32,000 nt of DNA. Source: Geobacter sulfurreducens PCA. Lineage in GTDB: Bacteria; Desulfobacterota; Desulfuromonadia; Geobacterales; Geobacteraceae. Shown piece after piece: positions 19,789 to 27,348 of this stretch (the first letter of the stretch is position 1; each line of letters starts with the position of its first letter). The notes below the pieces were generated by a model. That model searched no databases. It saw only the letters and a list, made by a program, of their open reading frames with translations, and was not told the origin of the DNA. The position numbers and the translations under genes are program-made. The stretch spans positions 360,001 to 392,000 of the forward strand of contig NC_002939.5 of the NCBI RefSeq assembly GCF_000007985.2, read 5' to 3'.

Positions 19789-21357
19789 ATGAGCCAGTTT
19801 CCGTTAATCAGCGTGATGACCTTTCTTCCACTCCTGGGGGTCGTACTGCTCTTCTTCGTCCCCAAGCAGAGCCACTCGGTGCACAGGATGCTCGCCTTGC
19901 TGGTCTCTCTGGTGACCTTTGTCGTGTCGATACCTCTGGTTACTGGATTCCAGAGTAACGCCGACTTCCAGTTCGTGGAGAAAATGCCGTGGATAGCTGC
20001 GGGTCCGTTCCAGATGAACTATCACGTTGCAATCGATGGTATCAGTCTCTGGCTCGTTCTCCTCACGACATTTATCATGCCGATCGCCATCCTCTCTACC
20101 TGGACAGCGGTAGAAGAGAAGGTCAAGGAGTACATGATCTGCCTCTTGCTGCTTGAAGTGGGAATGCTTGGAGCTTTCGTGTCGCTTGATCTCTTCCTGT
20201 TCTACATCTTCTGGGAAGTGATGCTCATACCGATGTATTTCATCATCGGGATCTGGGGTGGTAAAAATAAGATTTATGCTGCAGTCAAATTCTTCATCTA
20301 CACGATGGTTGGCTCCATGCTCATGCTGGTCGCTCTGGTTACCCTCTACTTCAAGGCAGGGGCTGGAGACTTCAACGTGCTCAGGTTCTATGAAGTAACT
20401 CTTGATCCGGCAACACAAGTCTGGATGTTCTTGGCCTTTGCCCTGGCATTTGCCATCAAAGTGCCTATGTTCCCTCTCCACACGTGGCTTCCGGATGCTC
20501 ACACCGAAGCGCCGACGGCCGGCTCGGTCATTCTGGCTGCAGTGCTCCTGAAGATGGGGACTTACGGTTTCGTTCGTTTTGCAATGCCGCTCTTCCCCGA
20601 CGCAACCGATAAATTCACCCCCCTCATTGCTACGCTTTCGGTTATTGGCATCATATACGCTGCCCTTGTTGCAATGGTCCAAGAAGATGTCAAGAAGCTT
20701 GTAGCGTACTCATCTGTTGCTCACCTGGGCTACGTTATGCTGGGTGTGTTCGCACTGAATCTTCAAGGACTTTCCGGTGGAATGCTGCAAATGCTCAACC
20801 ACGGTGTCTCAACCGGCGCACTGTTCCTCATCGTTGGCTTTATTTATGAGCGCCGCCACACTCGACTGATCACGGATTTCGGAGGGCTCGCCAAGCAAAT
20901 GCCGGTGTTCGCTACGATATTTATGATCGTCACGCTTTCCTCGATCGGTCTACCCGGCACGAACGGTTTCGTAGGGGAATTCCTTGTTCTTCTCGGTGCG
21001 TTTGAAAGTGAGCTTCGTTGGTATGCTGTAATCGGTACAAGTGGTGTTATTCTGGCAGCCGTTTACATGCTCTGGATGTTCCAGCGCGTTATGTTCGGGG
21101 AGCTCACAAACCCAAAGAACCAGACCTTGTGTGATCTGAATGCACGTGAAGTCGGGATCATGCTTCCGCTACTCGTTCTGATCTTCGTGATGGGTGTATA
21201 TCCCACTCCTTTCATTGAGAAGATGAGTCCTTCACTTGAGAAACTCATTGTTCATGTGAAGACCAAGCAGCAGGGTGCCGTTGCTCAGGTGGAGACCGTG
21301 CCTGCTGCTCCCCAGGTCATGCCTGCAGCTGCTGTTGTGCCTGCAGAACATAAGTAA
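19789..21357 (+). CDS. nuoM: NADH-quinone oxidoreductase subunit M (antiporter-like)
   Basis: 522 aa. Contains [18 protein letters not shown] and [27 protein letters not shown]. Pro/Ala/Val-rich C-terminal tail. Confidence 0.95.
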   Translation: MSQFPLISVMTFLPLLGVVLLFFVPKQSHSVHRMLALLVSLVTFVVSIPLVTGFQSNADFQFVEKMPWIAAGPFQMNYHVAIDGISLWLVLLTTFIMPIAILSTWTAVEEKVKEYMICLLLLEVGMLGAFVSLDLFLFYIFWEVMLIPMYFIIGIWGGKNKIYAAVKFFIYTMVGSMLMLVALVTLYFKAGAGDFNVLRFYEVTLDPATQVWMFLAFALAFAIKVPMFPLHTWLPDAHTEAPTAGSVILAAVLLKMGTYGFVRFAMPLFPDATDKFTPLIATLSVIGIIYAALVAMVQEDVKKLVAYSSVAHLGYVMLGVFALNLQGLSGGMLQMLNHGVSTGALFLIVGFIYERRHTRLITDFGGLAKQMPVFATIFMIVTLSSIGLPGTNGFVGEFLVLLGAFESELRWYAVIGTSGVILAAVYMLWMFQRVMFGELTNPKNQTLCDLNAREVGIMLPLLVLIFVMGVYPTPFIEKMSPSLEKLIVHVKTKQQGAVAQVETVPAAPQVMPAAAVVPAEHK

Positions 21358-21391
21358 ATCCGTCTCAGAATAGCCACCGGAGGGATATTAG

Positions 21392-22846
21392 ATGGAAACA
21401 ATCGTACTCCCAGTCATTAACCTCGCACCCATCATGCCCGAGATCATACTTTCGGTCTTTGGCATGGCGCTGCTTCTCGTGAATGTGTTTGTACCGAGTG
21501 AGCAGAAGGCCTATCTGGGATACCTGAGCCTCGTAGGCATCATCGCAGCTGGCGTATCAATCGTCGGGGGATGGGGAGTACCACTCGACTCATTCAGCGG
21601 CTCTGTTGTGCAGGACAACTTCGCTCTCTTCTTCAAAGGGATATTCCTGCTCTCGGCCGGGCTGACGATTCTAATCTCCGATCATTACATGAAGCGCGAA
21701 GGGTGTAACCAGGGAGAACTCTATCCTCTGATTCTCTTCGCTACCATGGGAATGATGCTCATGGCATCCGGAACGGATCTCATGACGGTGTTCCTCGGTC
21801 TTGAAGTACTGTCAGTTTCGTTGTATGTCCTTGCAGGATTCAATCGGGCCAATCTCAAATCGAATGAGGCAGGGCTCAAATACTTCCTTCTCGGCGCGTT
21901 TTCGACCGGTTTCCTTCTCTATGGCATGGCATTGACCTATGGTGCTACCGGTACCACGAAAATCCCTAAAATTGCTGAGTTTGTAGCTGCCAACGGCATG
22001 GTAGCCCAATCGCCGATGTTCTATATCGGCATGCTTCTCATGGCGTCTGGGTTCGCGTTCAAGATTGCAGCGGCTCCCTTCCACATGTGGACTCCTGACG
22101 TCTATGAAGGTGCTCCGACTCCGATGACTGCCTTCATGTCCGCTGGTCCTAAAGCAGCCGGTTTTGCCGCTTTCATGAGGGTCCTGATAGTGGCATTCCC
22201 TACCCTCAAGGCCGACTGGTCTGACCTGCTGTGGGTCCTTGCAGTACTTACCATGACAATCGGCAACCTGATTGCACTCAATCAGGATAATATCAAAAGG
22301 ATGCTTGCCTACTCGTCCATTGCCCACGCCGGCTACGCACTTGTCGGTTTCACCGCCGGAAACGCTGAAGGAGCAGCCGGTATCCTGTTCTATATGCTTT
22401 CCTATGCGTTCATGAACATCGGAGCCTTTGCAATCATCATCCTTGTGGGCAAGAAGGGTGAGGAAAATAACAATGTCGCAGACTACGCTGGTTTTGCCAC
22501 AAAGCATCCGGTCCTGGCGCTGGCCATGGCGATCTTCCTGTTTTCCTTGGCAGGCATGCCCCCTACGGCTGGATTCATCGGTAAGTTTTATCTCTTCTCG
22601 GGCGCTATCAAGGCCGGTTACATCTGGCTCGCCATCATCGGTGTGCTGAACAGTGCCGCCTCTGTCTACTACTACCTCAGAGTTATGGTTTACATGTACA
22701 TGAAGAATCCGACTGAGGAATTTGATTGGATGACCCTTTCCCCGGCAGTCATGCTCTGCATTCTGATTGCCGTGGTAGGCGTCATCATTCCCGGTGTGGT
22801 TCCTTCGTATCTTCTCGAACTTGCCCAAAAAGCCGTCCTGCTTTAA
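21392..22846 (+). CDS. nuoN: NADH-quinone oxidoreductase subunit N (antiporter-like)
   Basis: 484 aa. Contains FKIAAAPFHMWTPDVYEGAPTPMTAFMS. Last gene before a strong terminator. Confidence 0.95.
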   Translation: METIVLPVINLAPIMPEIILSVFGMALLLVNVFVPSEQKAYLGYLSLVGIIAAGVSIVGGWGVPLDSFSGSVVQDNFALFFKGIFLLSAGLTILISDHYMKREGCNQGELYPLILFATMGMMLMASGTDLMTVFLGLEVLSVSLYVLAGFNRANLKSNEAGLKYFLLGAFSTGFLLYGMALTYGATGTTKIPKIAEFVAANGMVAQSPMFYIGMLLMASGFAFKIAAAPFHMWTPDVYEGAPTPMTAFMSAGPKAAGFAAFMRVLIVAFPTLKADWSDLLWVLAVLTMTIGNLIALNQDNIKRMLAYSSIAHAGYALVGFTAGNAEGAAGILFYMLSYAFMNIGAFAIIILVGKKGEENNNVADYAGFATKHPVLALAMAIFLFSLAGMPPTAGFIGKFYLFSGAIKAGYIWLAIIGVLNSAASVYYYLRVMVYMYMKNPTEEFDWMTLSPAVMLCILIAVVGVIIPGVVPSYLLELAQKAVLL

Positions 22847-22864
22847 TAACGGCATGAACCTTTG

Positions 22865-22896
22865 AAAAAAGCCCCTCCGAGGAGGGGCTTTTTTTT
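22865..22896 (+). terminator. Rho-independent terminator of the nuo operon
   Basis: AAAAAA, then GCCCCTC (22871-22877), loop CGAG, GAGGGGC (22882-22888), then eight T residues (22889-22896). Confidence 0.85.
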
Positions 22897-22948
22897 GTTC
22901 AAGTCTGTTAGACTTGATATAACACTATTATTCACAAGGAGGAGACCC

Positions 22949-23464
22949 ATGGAGGAACGAACTGGAATTATCACATTCAAGGGCAATCCCATGACGTTAT
23001 TGGGGCCGCAACTCAAGGTCGGGGATCAGGCTCCCGCGTTCACCGCGGTCGACACGTCGCTCACGGTGAGATCCCTCAGCGATTTCGGTGCAGCAATTAA
23101 GATCATCAGTGCCGTACCTTCGCTCGATACGCCGGTCTGCGATGCAGAGACACGGCGTTTCAACCAGGAGGCTGCATCGTTGCCTGCAAATGTCGTACTC
23201 CTGACCATCAGTCTTGATCTGCCATTTGCTCAGAAGCGCTGGTGTGGTGCCGCCGGCATTGACCGCGTGGTCACTCTTTCTGATTACCGGGATCGCTCGT
23301 TTGGCCTCGCCTACGGGGTGCTTATCAAGGAGCTAATGCTCTTGTCTCGTTCGGTGTTCGTGGTGGACGGTAATGGAGTGATCCGTTACCTTCAGCATGT
23401 GCCGGAGGTCACTTCCGAGCCCGACTATGCAGCGGTCCTTGATTCAGTGCGTGCCATGCTGTGA
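22949..23464 (+). CDS. tpx: Thiol peroxidase (atypical 2-Cys peroxiredoxin, Tpx)
   Basis: 171 aa. Peroxidatic Cys in SLDTPVCDAE and resolving Cys in QKRWCGA. ATG 22949 follows AAGGAGG (22937-22943). The ORF-track start at 22862 runs through the nuo terminator. Confidence 0.9.
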   Translation: MEERTGIITFKGNPMTLLGPQLKVGDQAPAFTAVDTSLTVRSLSDFGAAIKIISAVPSLDTPVCDAETRRFNQEAASLPANVVLLTISLDLPFAQKRWCGAAGIDRVVTLSDYRDRSFGLAYGVLIKELMLLSRSVFVVDGNGVIRYLQHVPEVTSEPDYAAVLDSVRAML

Positions 23465-23472
23465 TGGTATTC

Positions 23473-23510
23473 CTTCAACCCGGCAGAGGACGGGCACTGC
23501 CGGGTTGAAG
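23473..23510 (+). terminator. 14-bp perfect stem-loop after tpx (no U-tract)
   Basis: CTTCAACCCGGCAG (23473-23486) pairs with CTGCCGGGTTGAAG (23497-23510). The loop is 10 nt. It is followed by CTCTCC rather than a T-run. Confidence 0.4.
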
Positions 23511-23566
23511 CTCTCCGCCGCGGATTAAACCGAAGGATGGTAGCATTAGGGCTGGGAGGATAGTCT

Positions 23567-23596
23567 TTGACATTGATCGGCGCCTTCCGCTAATGT
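23567..23596 (+). promoter_or_regulatory. Candidate sigma-70 promoter placing the transcription start at or next to the yqaA-like ATG
   Basis: TTGACA 23567-23572, an 18-nt spacer, TAATGT 23591-23596. The ATG at 23603 is 7 nt after the -10. No SD lies between them. Confidence 0.35.
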
Positions 23597-23602
23597 CGTA
23601 CC

Positions 23603-24049
23603 ATGGAACAACAACTTGCCGCTGACGGCCTGATTGTCTTATTTGTGGTGAGTTTCCTTGCAGCCACCCTCATCCCTGTCGGTTCCGAGTGGTTACTGGT
23701 CGCTCTGCTGACCCAGGATTACAACCCGCTGGCTGTTACAACTACGGCAACTGTCGGCAACATTCTCGGCGCTTGCACCACCTGGGCCGTCGGGATGTGG
23801 GGGGGCGTGTATCTGGTACGGCGGATCCTTCGGATATCGGAGGACGCTGAGCGTAGAGCAGAGCAGTTCTATCGTCGGTACGGTTACTGGTCGCTTCTTC
23901 TGTCATGGCTTCCGATACTCGGAGATCCCCTTTGTCTGGTAGGAGGGATATTGAGAGTGGGGTTCGGCCGGTTCGTACTGTTGGTTGGAATCGGAAAACT
24001 CGCACGCTACTCGTTCATTGCTTGGGTGACGGTCCATGCAGTCAACTGA
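23603..24049 (+). CDS. YqaA-like DedA/VTT-family inner membrane protein
   Basis: 148 aa. From memory it aligns with E. coli YqaA throughout: FLAATLIPVGSEWLLVALL, ATVGNILGACTTW, RRYGYWSLLLSWLPILGDPLCLVGG, GKLARY. Confidence 0.7.
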   Translation: MEQQLAADGLIVLFVVSFLAATLIPVGSEWLLVALLTQDYNPLAVTTTATVGNILGACTTWAVGMWGGVYLVRRILRISEDAERRAEQFYRRYGYWSLLLSWLPILGDPLCLVGGILRVGFGRFVLLVGIGKLARYSFIAWVTVHAVN

Positions 24050-25226
24050 AGCTTCAGCCCATCGGGAACTCGAAAACACCATTGTACGCCTGTTGAAGCG
24101 TCGTCCCTTCTATGGTCAATTTCTGTTAGCGATGCGTCGTGAGCAGCGGCCCGGGACTTTTCCCTTGGGGGTAACGTTTCGGGACGGTGTCCCGGTCTTG
24201 ATGGTGAATCCTCACCGGCTCGAAGCCGAGTCTCCTGCAATCAGAGAAGGGTTGCTCGAGCATTGCGTCAGACATGTCATTCACCTACACATGGTGCGAC
24301 GAAAAGGGCGTAACGGCCATGATTGGGATGTGGCCTGCGATTTGGCAATTAACCCGTCCATTGAACATCTGCCCGCCGATGCGCCCCTTCCTGTTCATTT
24401 CTCCGCCGACGATGGTCTGGCTGCCGAAGAGTATTACAGCCTGCTCTCCAACCCGTTCGATGCCGGAAGCTTGGAAGGGCAGGGTACAGGACGAGCAAGT
24501 CGGGACGAAGGCGGTGCAACTGGGGATGGCTGCGACCGGGACCTGAACGTCACTACGGTTGACGACCACAGTGCCTGGGAAGAAGCTGACTCGACTCCGT
24601 TTCGACTCGCTGAGGAGGTGGTGCGCGGCATGGTGCGTGAGGCCTGGCGACAGGCCGATGGCCACGTGCCTGCCGATATCCGCCGTGTTATAGAGGGAAT
24701 GCTTGCACCCTCACCGATTCCGTGGCAGCAGGTCCTGCGGCAGTTCGTTGCGGCTGCTGGACGTACCGGCCGTGAAACGAGTTGGCTGAAAGAGCACCGG
24801 CGCTTCGTTCACATGACGCCTGGTATCCGCAAGCGAAGGCGGTTAAATCTGCTGGTCGGGATCGATGTGAGCGAATCCACCGACACCGTGGAGCTCCGGG
24901 AGGCATTTGCCCGGGAGTTAGTCCGGATATCCCGCGGTCGTGATGCACAGGTAACCGTTCTCTACGCCAACAGCCGGATACAGCAAATGGAGAGCTTCAG
25001 GGGAGCGCTGGGCTTGACTGAGGCTTACTACGGCGGTGGATTCACGGATCTTCGTCCTGTCTTTGAACATGCACGGACAATGATTCCCCGTCCCGCAGCA
25101 GTCATCTACCTGACCGATGGGGTCGGGCCCGCCCCCGAACAGATGGAGTTCCCCACCCTGTGGGTGCTGACGCGGGCAGGGGAGAAACCCGTCCCCTGGG
25201 GGGTGGAATTGAGGCTGGAGGTATGA
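24036..25226 (+). CDS. DUF2201-type protein: N-terminal putative metallopeptidase-like domain plus C-terminal VWA-like domain
   Basis: 396 aa. N-terminus RRPFYGQFLLAMRR, then LLEHCVRHVIHLH and WDVACDLAINP. C-terminal VWA region has the MIDAS-like motif LLVGIDVSESTD (DxSxS, 24864-24878). The ATG overlaps the yqaA-like end by 14 nt. Family assignment is from memory of Pfam DUF2201_N/DUF2201. Confidence 0.6.
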   Translation: MQSTEASAHRELENTIVRLLKRRPFYGQFLLAMRREQRPGTFPLGVTFRDGVPVLMVNPHRLEAESPAIREGLLEHCVRHVIHLHMVRRKGRNGHDWDVACDLAINPSIEHLPADAPLPVHFSADDGLAAEEYYSLLSNPFDAGSLEGQGTGRASRDEGGATGDGCDRDLNVTTVDDHSAWEEADSTPFRLAEEVVRGMVREAWRQADGHVPADIRRVIEGMLAPSPIPWQQVLRQFVAAAGRTGRETSWLKEHRRFVHMTPGIRKRRRLNLLVGIDVSESTDTVELREAFARELVRISRGRDAQVTVLYANSRIQQMESFRGALGLTEAYYGGGFTDLRPVFEHARTMIPRPAAVIYLTDGVGPAPEQMEFPTLWVLTRAGEKPVPWGVELRLEV

Positions 25227-25633
25227 CCATGGGAGAACTGAAACCGATGACCACGGAGTCGGTGAAAGAACTGCTGGAAGAGGCTGGGGCTAAAGCCATG
25301 GCACGCTCGGGGAGAACTGAAAGTTACAGCGCGCCCCGGGACTTTTCCTTCGAGGTCAAGGCCATCTTCCCCAATGGTATGGGACTTCACATCGTTGCGC
25401 GGCAGTTCAACTACCGCGATCCGTGGGAAGCGACAGGGCGAGTCAATGATCTGGTCGACGTTTCATTGCTGCGGGATGGCATCTACACTCCCCTTCCCAA
25501 GGGATACAAATGGTTCCAGGGGCGCGATCTGGAGGAAGGGGTGGATGAGGCACGACTGAGGGAACTCATAGCCTGTGTCCGCGACGTCAATCCGAAGCTT
25601 TATCTGCTCCAGGAATTGACAGGAGACTTGTAG
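25223..25633 (+). CDS. Hypothetical soluble protein (136 aa), translationally coupled to the DUF2201 gene
   Basis: ATGA start/stop overlap at 25223-25226 with GGAGG 3 nt upstream (25216-25220). No TM segment, signal peptide or motif that I recognise. The ORF-track start at 25160 would sit inside the upstream gene. Confidence 0.5.
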   Translation: MTMGELKPMTTESVKELLEEAGAKAMARSGRTESYSAPRDFSFEVKAIFPNGMGLHIVARQFNYRDPWEATGRVNDLVDVSLLRDGIYTPLPKGYKWFQGRDLEEGVDEARLRELIACVRDVNPKLYLLQELTGDL

Positions 25634-25747
25634 TAGTAAGACATTGCCTGTTGACAGAGTCTGAAACCTTGGGTAAAAGATAACCAATTAGGCTGTATGC
25701 ATCCATGGTGTTTCATCGGTTCCAGGGACGGAACCGCCTTTACGACC

Positions 25748-25780
25748 AAGCCGCCTCCAAGCAAATGTAGGCGGCTTTTC
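25748..25780 (+). terminator. Stem-loop with a short T-run in the convergent gap between the 136-aa ORF and the kinase gene
   Basis: AAGCCGCCT (25748-25756) pairs with AGGCGGCTT (25769-25777). The loop is 12 nt. Followed by TT (a T-run of four, counting the stem end). Confidence 0.45.
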
Positions 25781-25785
25781 CGTGT

Positions 25786-27264
25786 CTACGGCACAGTAAA
25801 ATAGAACGTTGCCCCTTCTCCGGCCATGGCGTCCGCCCATATCCTTCCCCCGTGGCGTTCGATGGTACGGCGGACCGTGGCGAGGCCGATGCCGCTTCCT
25901 TCGAACTCGCTGGAATGGAGGCGTTCAAAGGGAGTGAAGAGCCGATGAGCGCGTGACATGTCAAACCCTGCTCCATTGTCGCGGATATAGTAGACCGCTT
26001 CTCCTGTGAGTTCGCACCTCCCGAACTCGATCACGGCGGTTTCTTTGTCTCCAGTATACTTCCAGGCATTACCCACGAGATTTTCGATCACTACCCGCAT
26101 CAACCTCCGGTCACCATTTACTACTACCCCATCGGCAATAGTTGTCTTTACGTTCCGTTCGGGAAAGCGAAACCGGAATTCCTCAATTATCATCGAGGCC
26201 ATATGCGAAAGGTCAACCGGCTCGCGGCGAATCTCTTCCCGCCCGAGGCGGGCGAGGCTGAGCAATGATTCGATGAGTCGGTTCATCCGCTTGCCAGCGG
26301 TCAGAATCCGCTCCACATAGCCCCGCCCCTTATCGTCGAGACGCGAACCGTAGTCGTCCAGCAAGATTTTGCCGAATCCGTATATGGACGTAAGGGGGGT
26401 GCGCAGATCATGGGAGACCGAGTAGTTGAAGGTTTCGAGCTCGCGGTTCACTGCCTCCAACTCTGCGGTACGCTCCGCGACCCGTCGTTCCAGTTCGGTG
26501 TTGGCCAGCCGGGCGTGCTCCTCAGCTCGGCTTCGCTCGGCGATCTCACGCTTGAGTTCACCGTTCACCCGGCTGAAAAAGATGAGAACGGCAGTGGTCA
26601 GAACAAAAAAGAGGGAGTGGATGAGAACGATCTGGACCCGTACCACGGCCAGAGTTCGTCCGAACGGAGCATAGGGGAACGAGACACTGATGCCACCAAG
26701 AATTGAACCGGGGCGGCGGTGTTTCGTCATTTCATGACAGCTGAAGCAGGCTGCATCCGACTTGAGGGGCGTCATGAGTCTGAACATCTTTCCGTTATGG
26801 CCGTGCTCTACAGACCATATTTCGGGCTTTCCTTCCTCAAAGCCGCGCAGTGCCTGCTCTTCCCACTCATCGGGACGGTTCGCCGGATTCACGGGGACAC
26901 TGCTGGTGATGTGGATCGCCACGTCCTGAATTTTACGTAACTCTTCTCCCAGGAGCCGGGTCATGTAGGCGGGGTTGATCTTGGTCAGTTTCAGGCCATC
27001 CGTGGTCTCCACGTCGCGCCTGGGGTCCTTCAGGTAAGGGTTGGGGCGGATCGTATCGGAGACCGGCAGATAGAAGCCGCCATGCTCTGCATTCCACTGC
27101 CGGGTAGCGATGATCGAGCGCAGGATGGAGCGACCCATCTGTGCCGCCAGTTCCTCGTAGTGCTCAGCTGCCAATCGAAGGTTAAACCAGAGGGATAGGC
27201 CCGTCACTACCATGAGGAGGGCGAGAATCAGATAACTGTATGAGACAATGCTGTTGCGATGCAT
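25786..27264 (-). CDS. Sensor histidine kinase with a periplasmic DUF3365/Tll0287-like haem-c-binding domain
   Basis: 492 aa. TM1 YSYLILALLMVVTGLSLWF. Periplasmic domain with RQWNAEHGGFYLP, NPYLKDP, KINPAYMTR and a single CXXCH (CFSCH). TM2 VQIVLIHSLFFVLTTAVLIFF. Coiled coil, H-box SVSHDLRTPL, and HATPase N/G boxes (NAWKY, DNGAGFD, GSGIGLA). Confidence 0.85.
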   Translation of the reverse strand: MHRNSIVSYSYLILALLMVVTGLSLWFNLRLAAEHYEELAAQMGRSILRSIIATRQWNAEHGGFYLPVSDTIRPNPYLKDPRRDVETTDGLKLTKINPAYMTRLLGEELRKIQDVAIHITSSVPVNPANRPDEWEEQALRGFEEGKPEIWSVEHGHNGKMFRLMTPLKSDAACFSCHEMTKHRRPGSILGGISVSFPYAPFGRTLAVVRVQIVLIHSLFFVLTTAVLIFFSRVNGELKREIAERSRAEEHARLANTELERRVAERTAELEAVNRELETFNYSVSHDLRTPLTSIYGFGKILLDDYGSRLDDKGRGYVERILTAGKRMNRLIESLLSLARLGREEIRREPVDLSHMASMIIEEFRFRFPERNVKTTIADGVVVNGDRRLMRVVIENLVGNAWKYTGDKETAVIEFGRCELTGEAVYYIRDNGAGFDMSRAHRLFTPFERLHSSEFEGSGIGLATVRRTIERHGGRIWADAMAGEGATFYFTVP

Positions 27265-27281
27265 GAGACAAATGGCCTGTT

Positions 27282-27327
27282 CCGGCAGAAAGCCCGGACT
27301 GCGGGAGCAGACCGGGCCTTCTGCCGG
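27282..27327 (-). other. Long intercistronic stem-loop between the octahaem cytochrome gene and the kinase gene
   Basis: Plus-strand CCGGCAGAAAGCCCGG (27282-27297) pairs with CCGGGCCTTCTGCCGG (27312-27327). That gives 16 bp with one mismatched position, which is a G-U wobble in the minus-strand mRNA. An inner CTGC/GCAG pairing caps a four-base loop (GGGA on the plus strand, UCCC in the minus-strand mRNA). No U-tract on the coding (minus) strand. Confidence 0.55.
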
Positions 27328-27348
27328 AGGACAACGGGAAGAAAATGG

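Noticed and set aside
19804-20682. 292-aa minus-strand ORF inside nuoM. Similar long antisense ORFs occur at 21812-22855 (nuoN), 13011-14021 (nuoG), 10356-11024 (nuoE), 11441-12124 (nuoF), 6331-7086 (hemL), 27259-27984 (cytochrome), 29764-31002 (sigma-54 activator) and 31439-31933 (OmpA-like gene).
   Set aside because: Each lies fully antisense to a gene with unmistakable family motifs. Their translations are low-complexity and rich in Arg, Gly, His and Asp, with no motifs, SD or sensible starts. This is the typical shadow-ORF pattern in GC-biased DNA.
15400-22846. Visibly lower G+C in the membrane-subunit part of the nuo operon than in the flanking genes, which could hint at horizontal acquisition.
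   Set aside because: Hand counts of third-codon positions in nuoL and pepA were similar, about 60 percent GC3. The difference is explained by Phe/Ile/Leu/Met-rich membrane proteins. No mobile-element genes or repeats flank the operon. A proper windowed GC3 and codon-usage calculation would be needed to revisit this.
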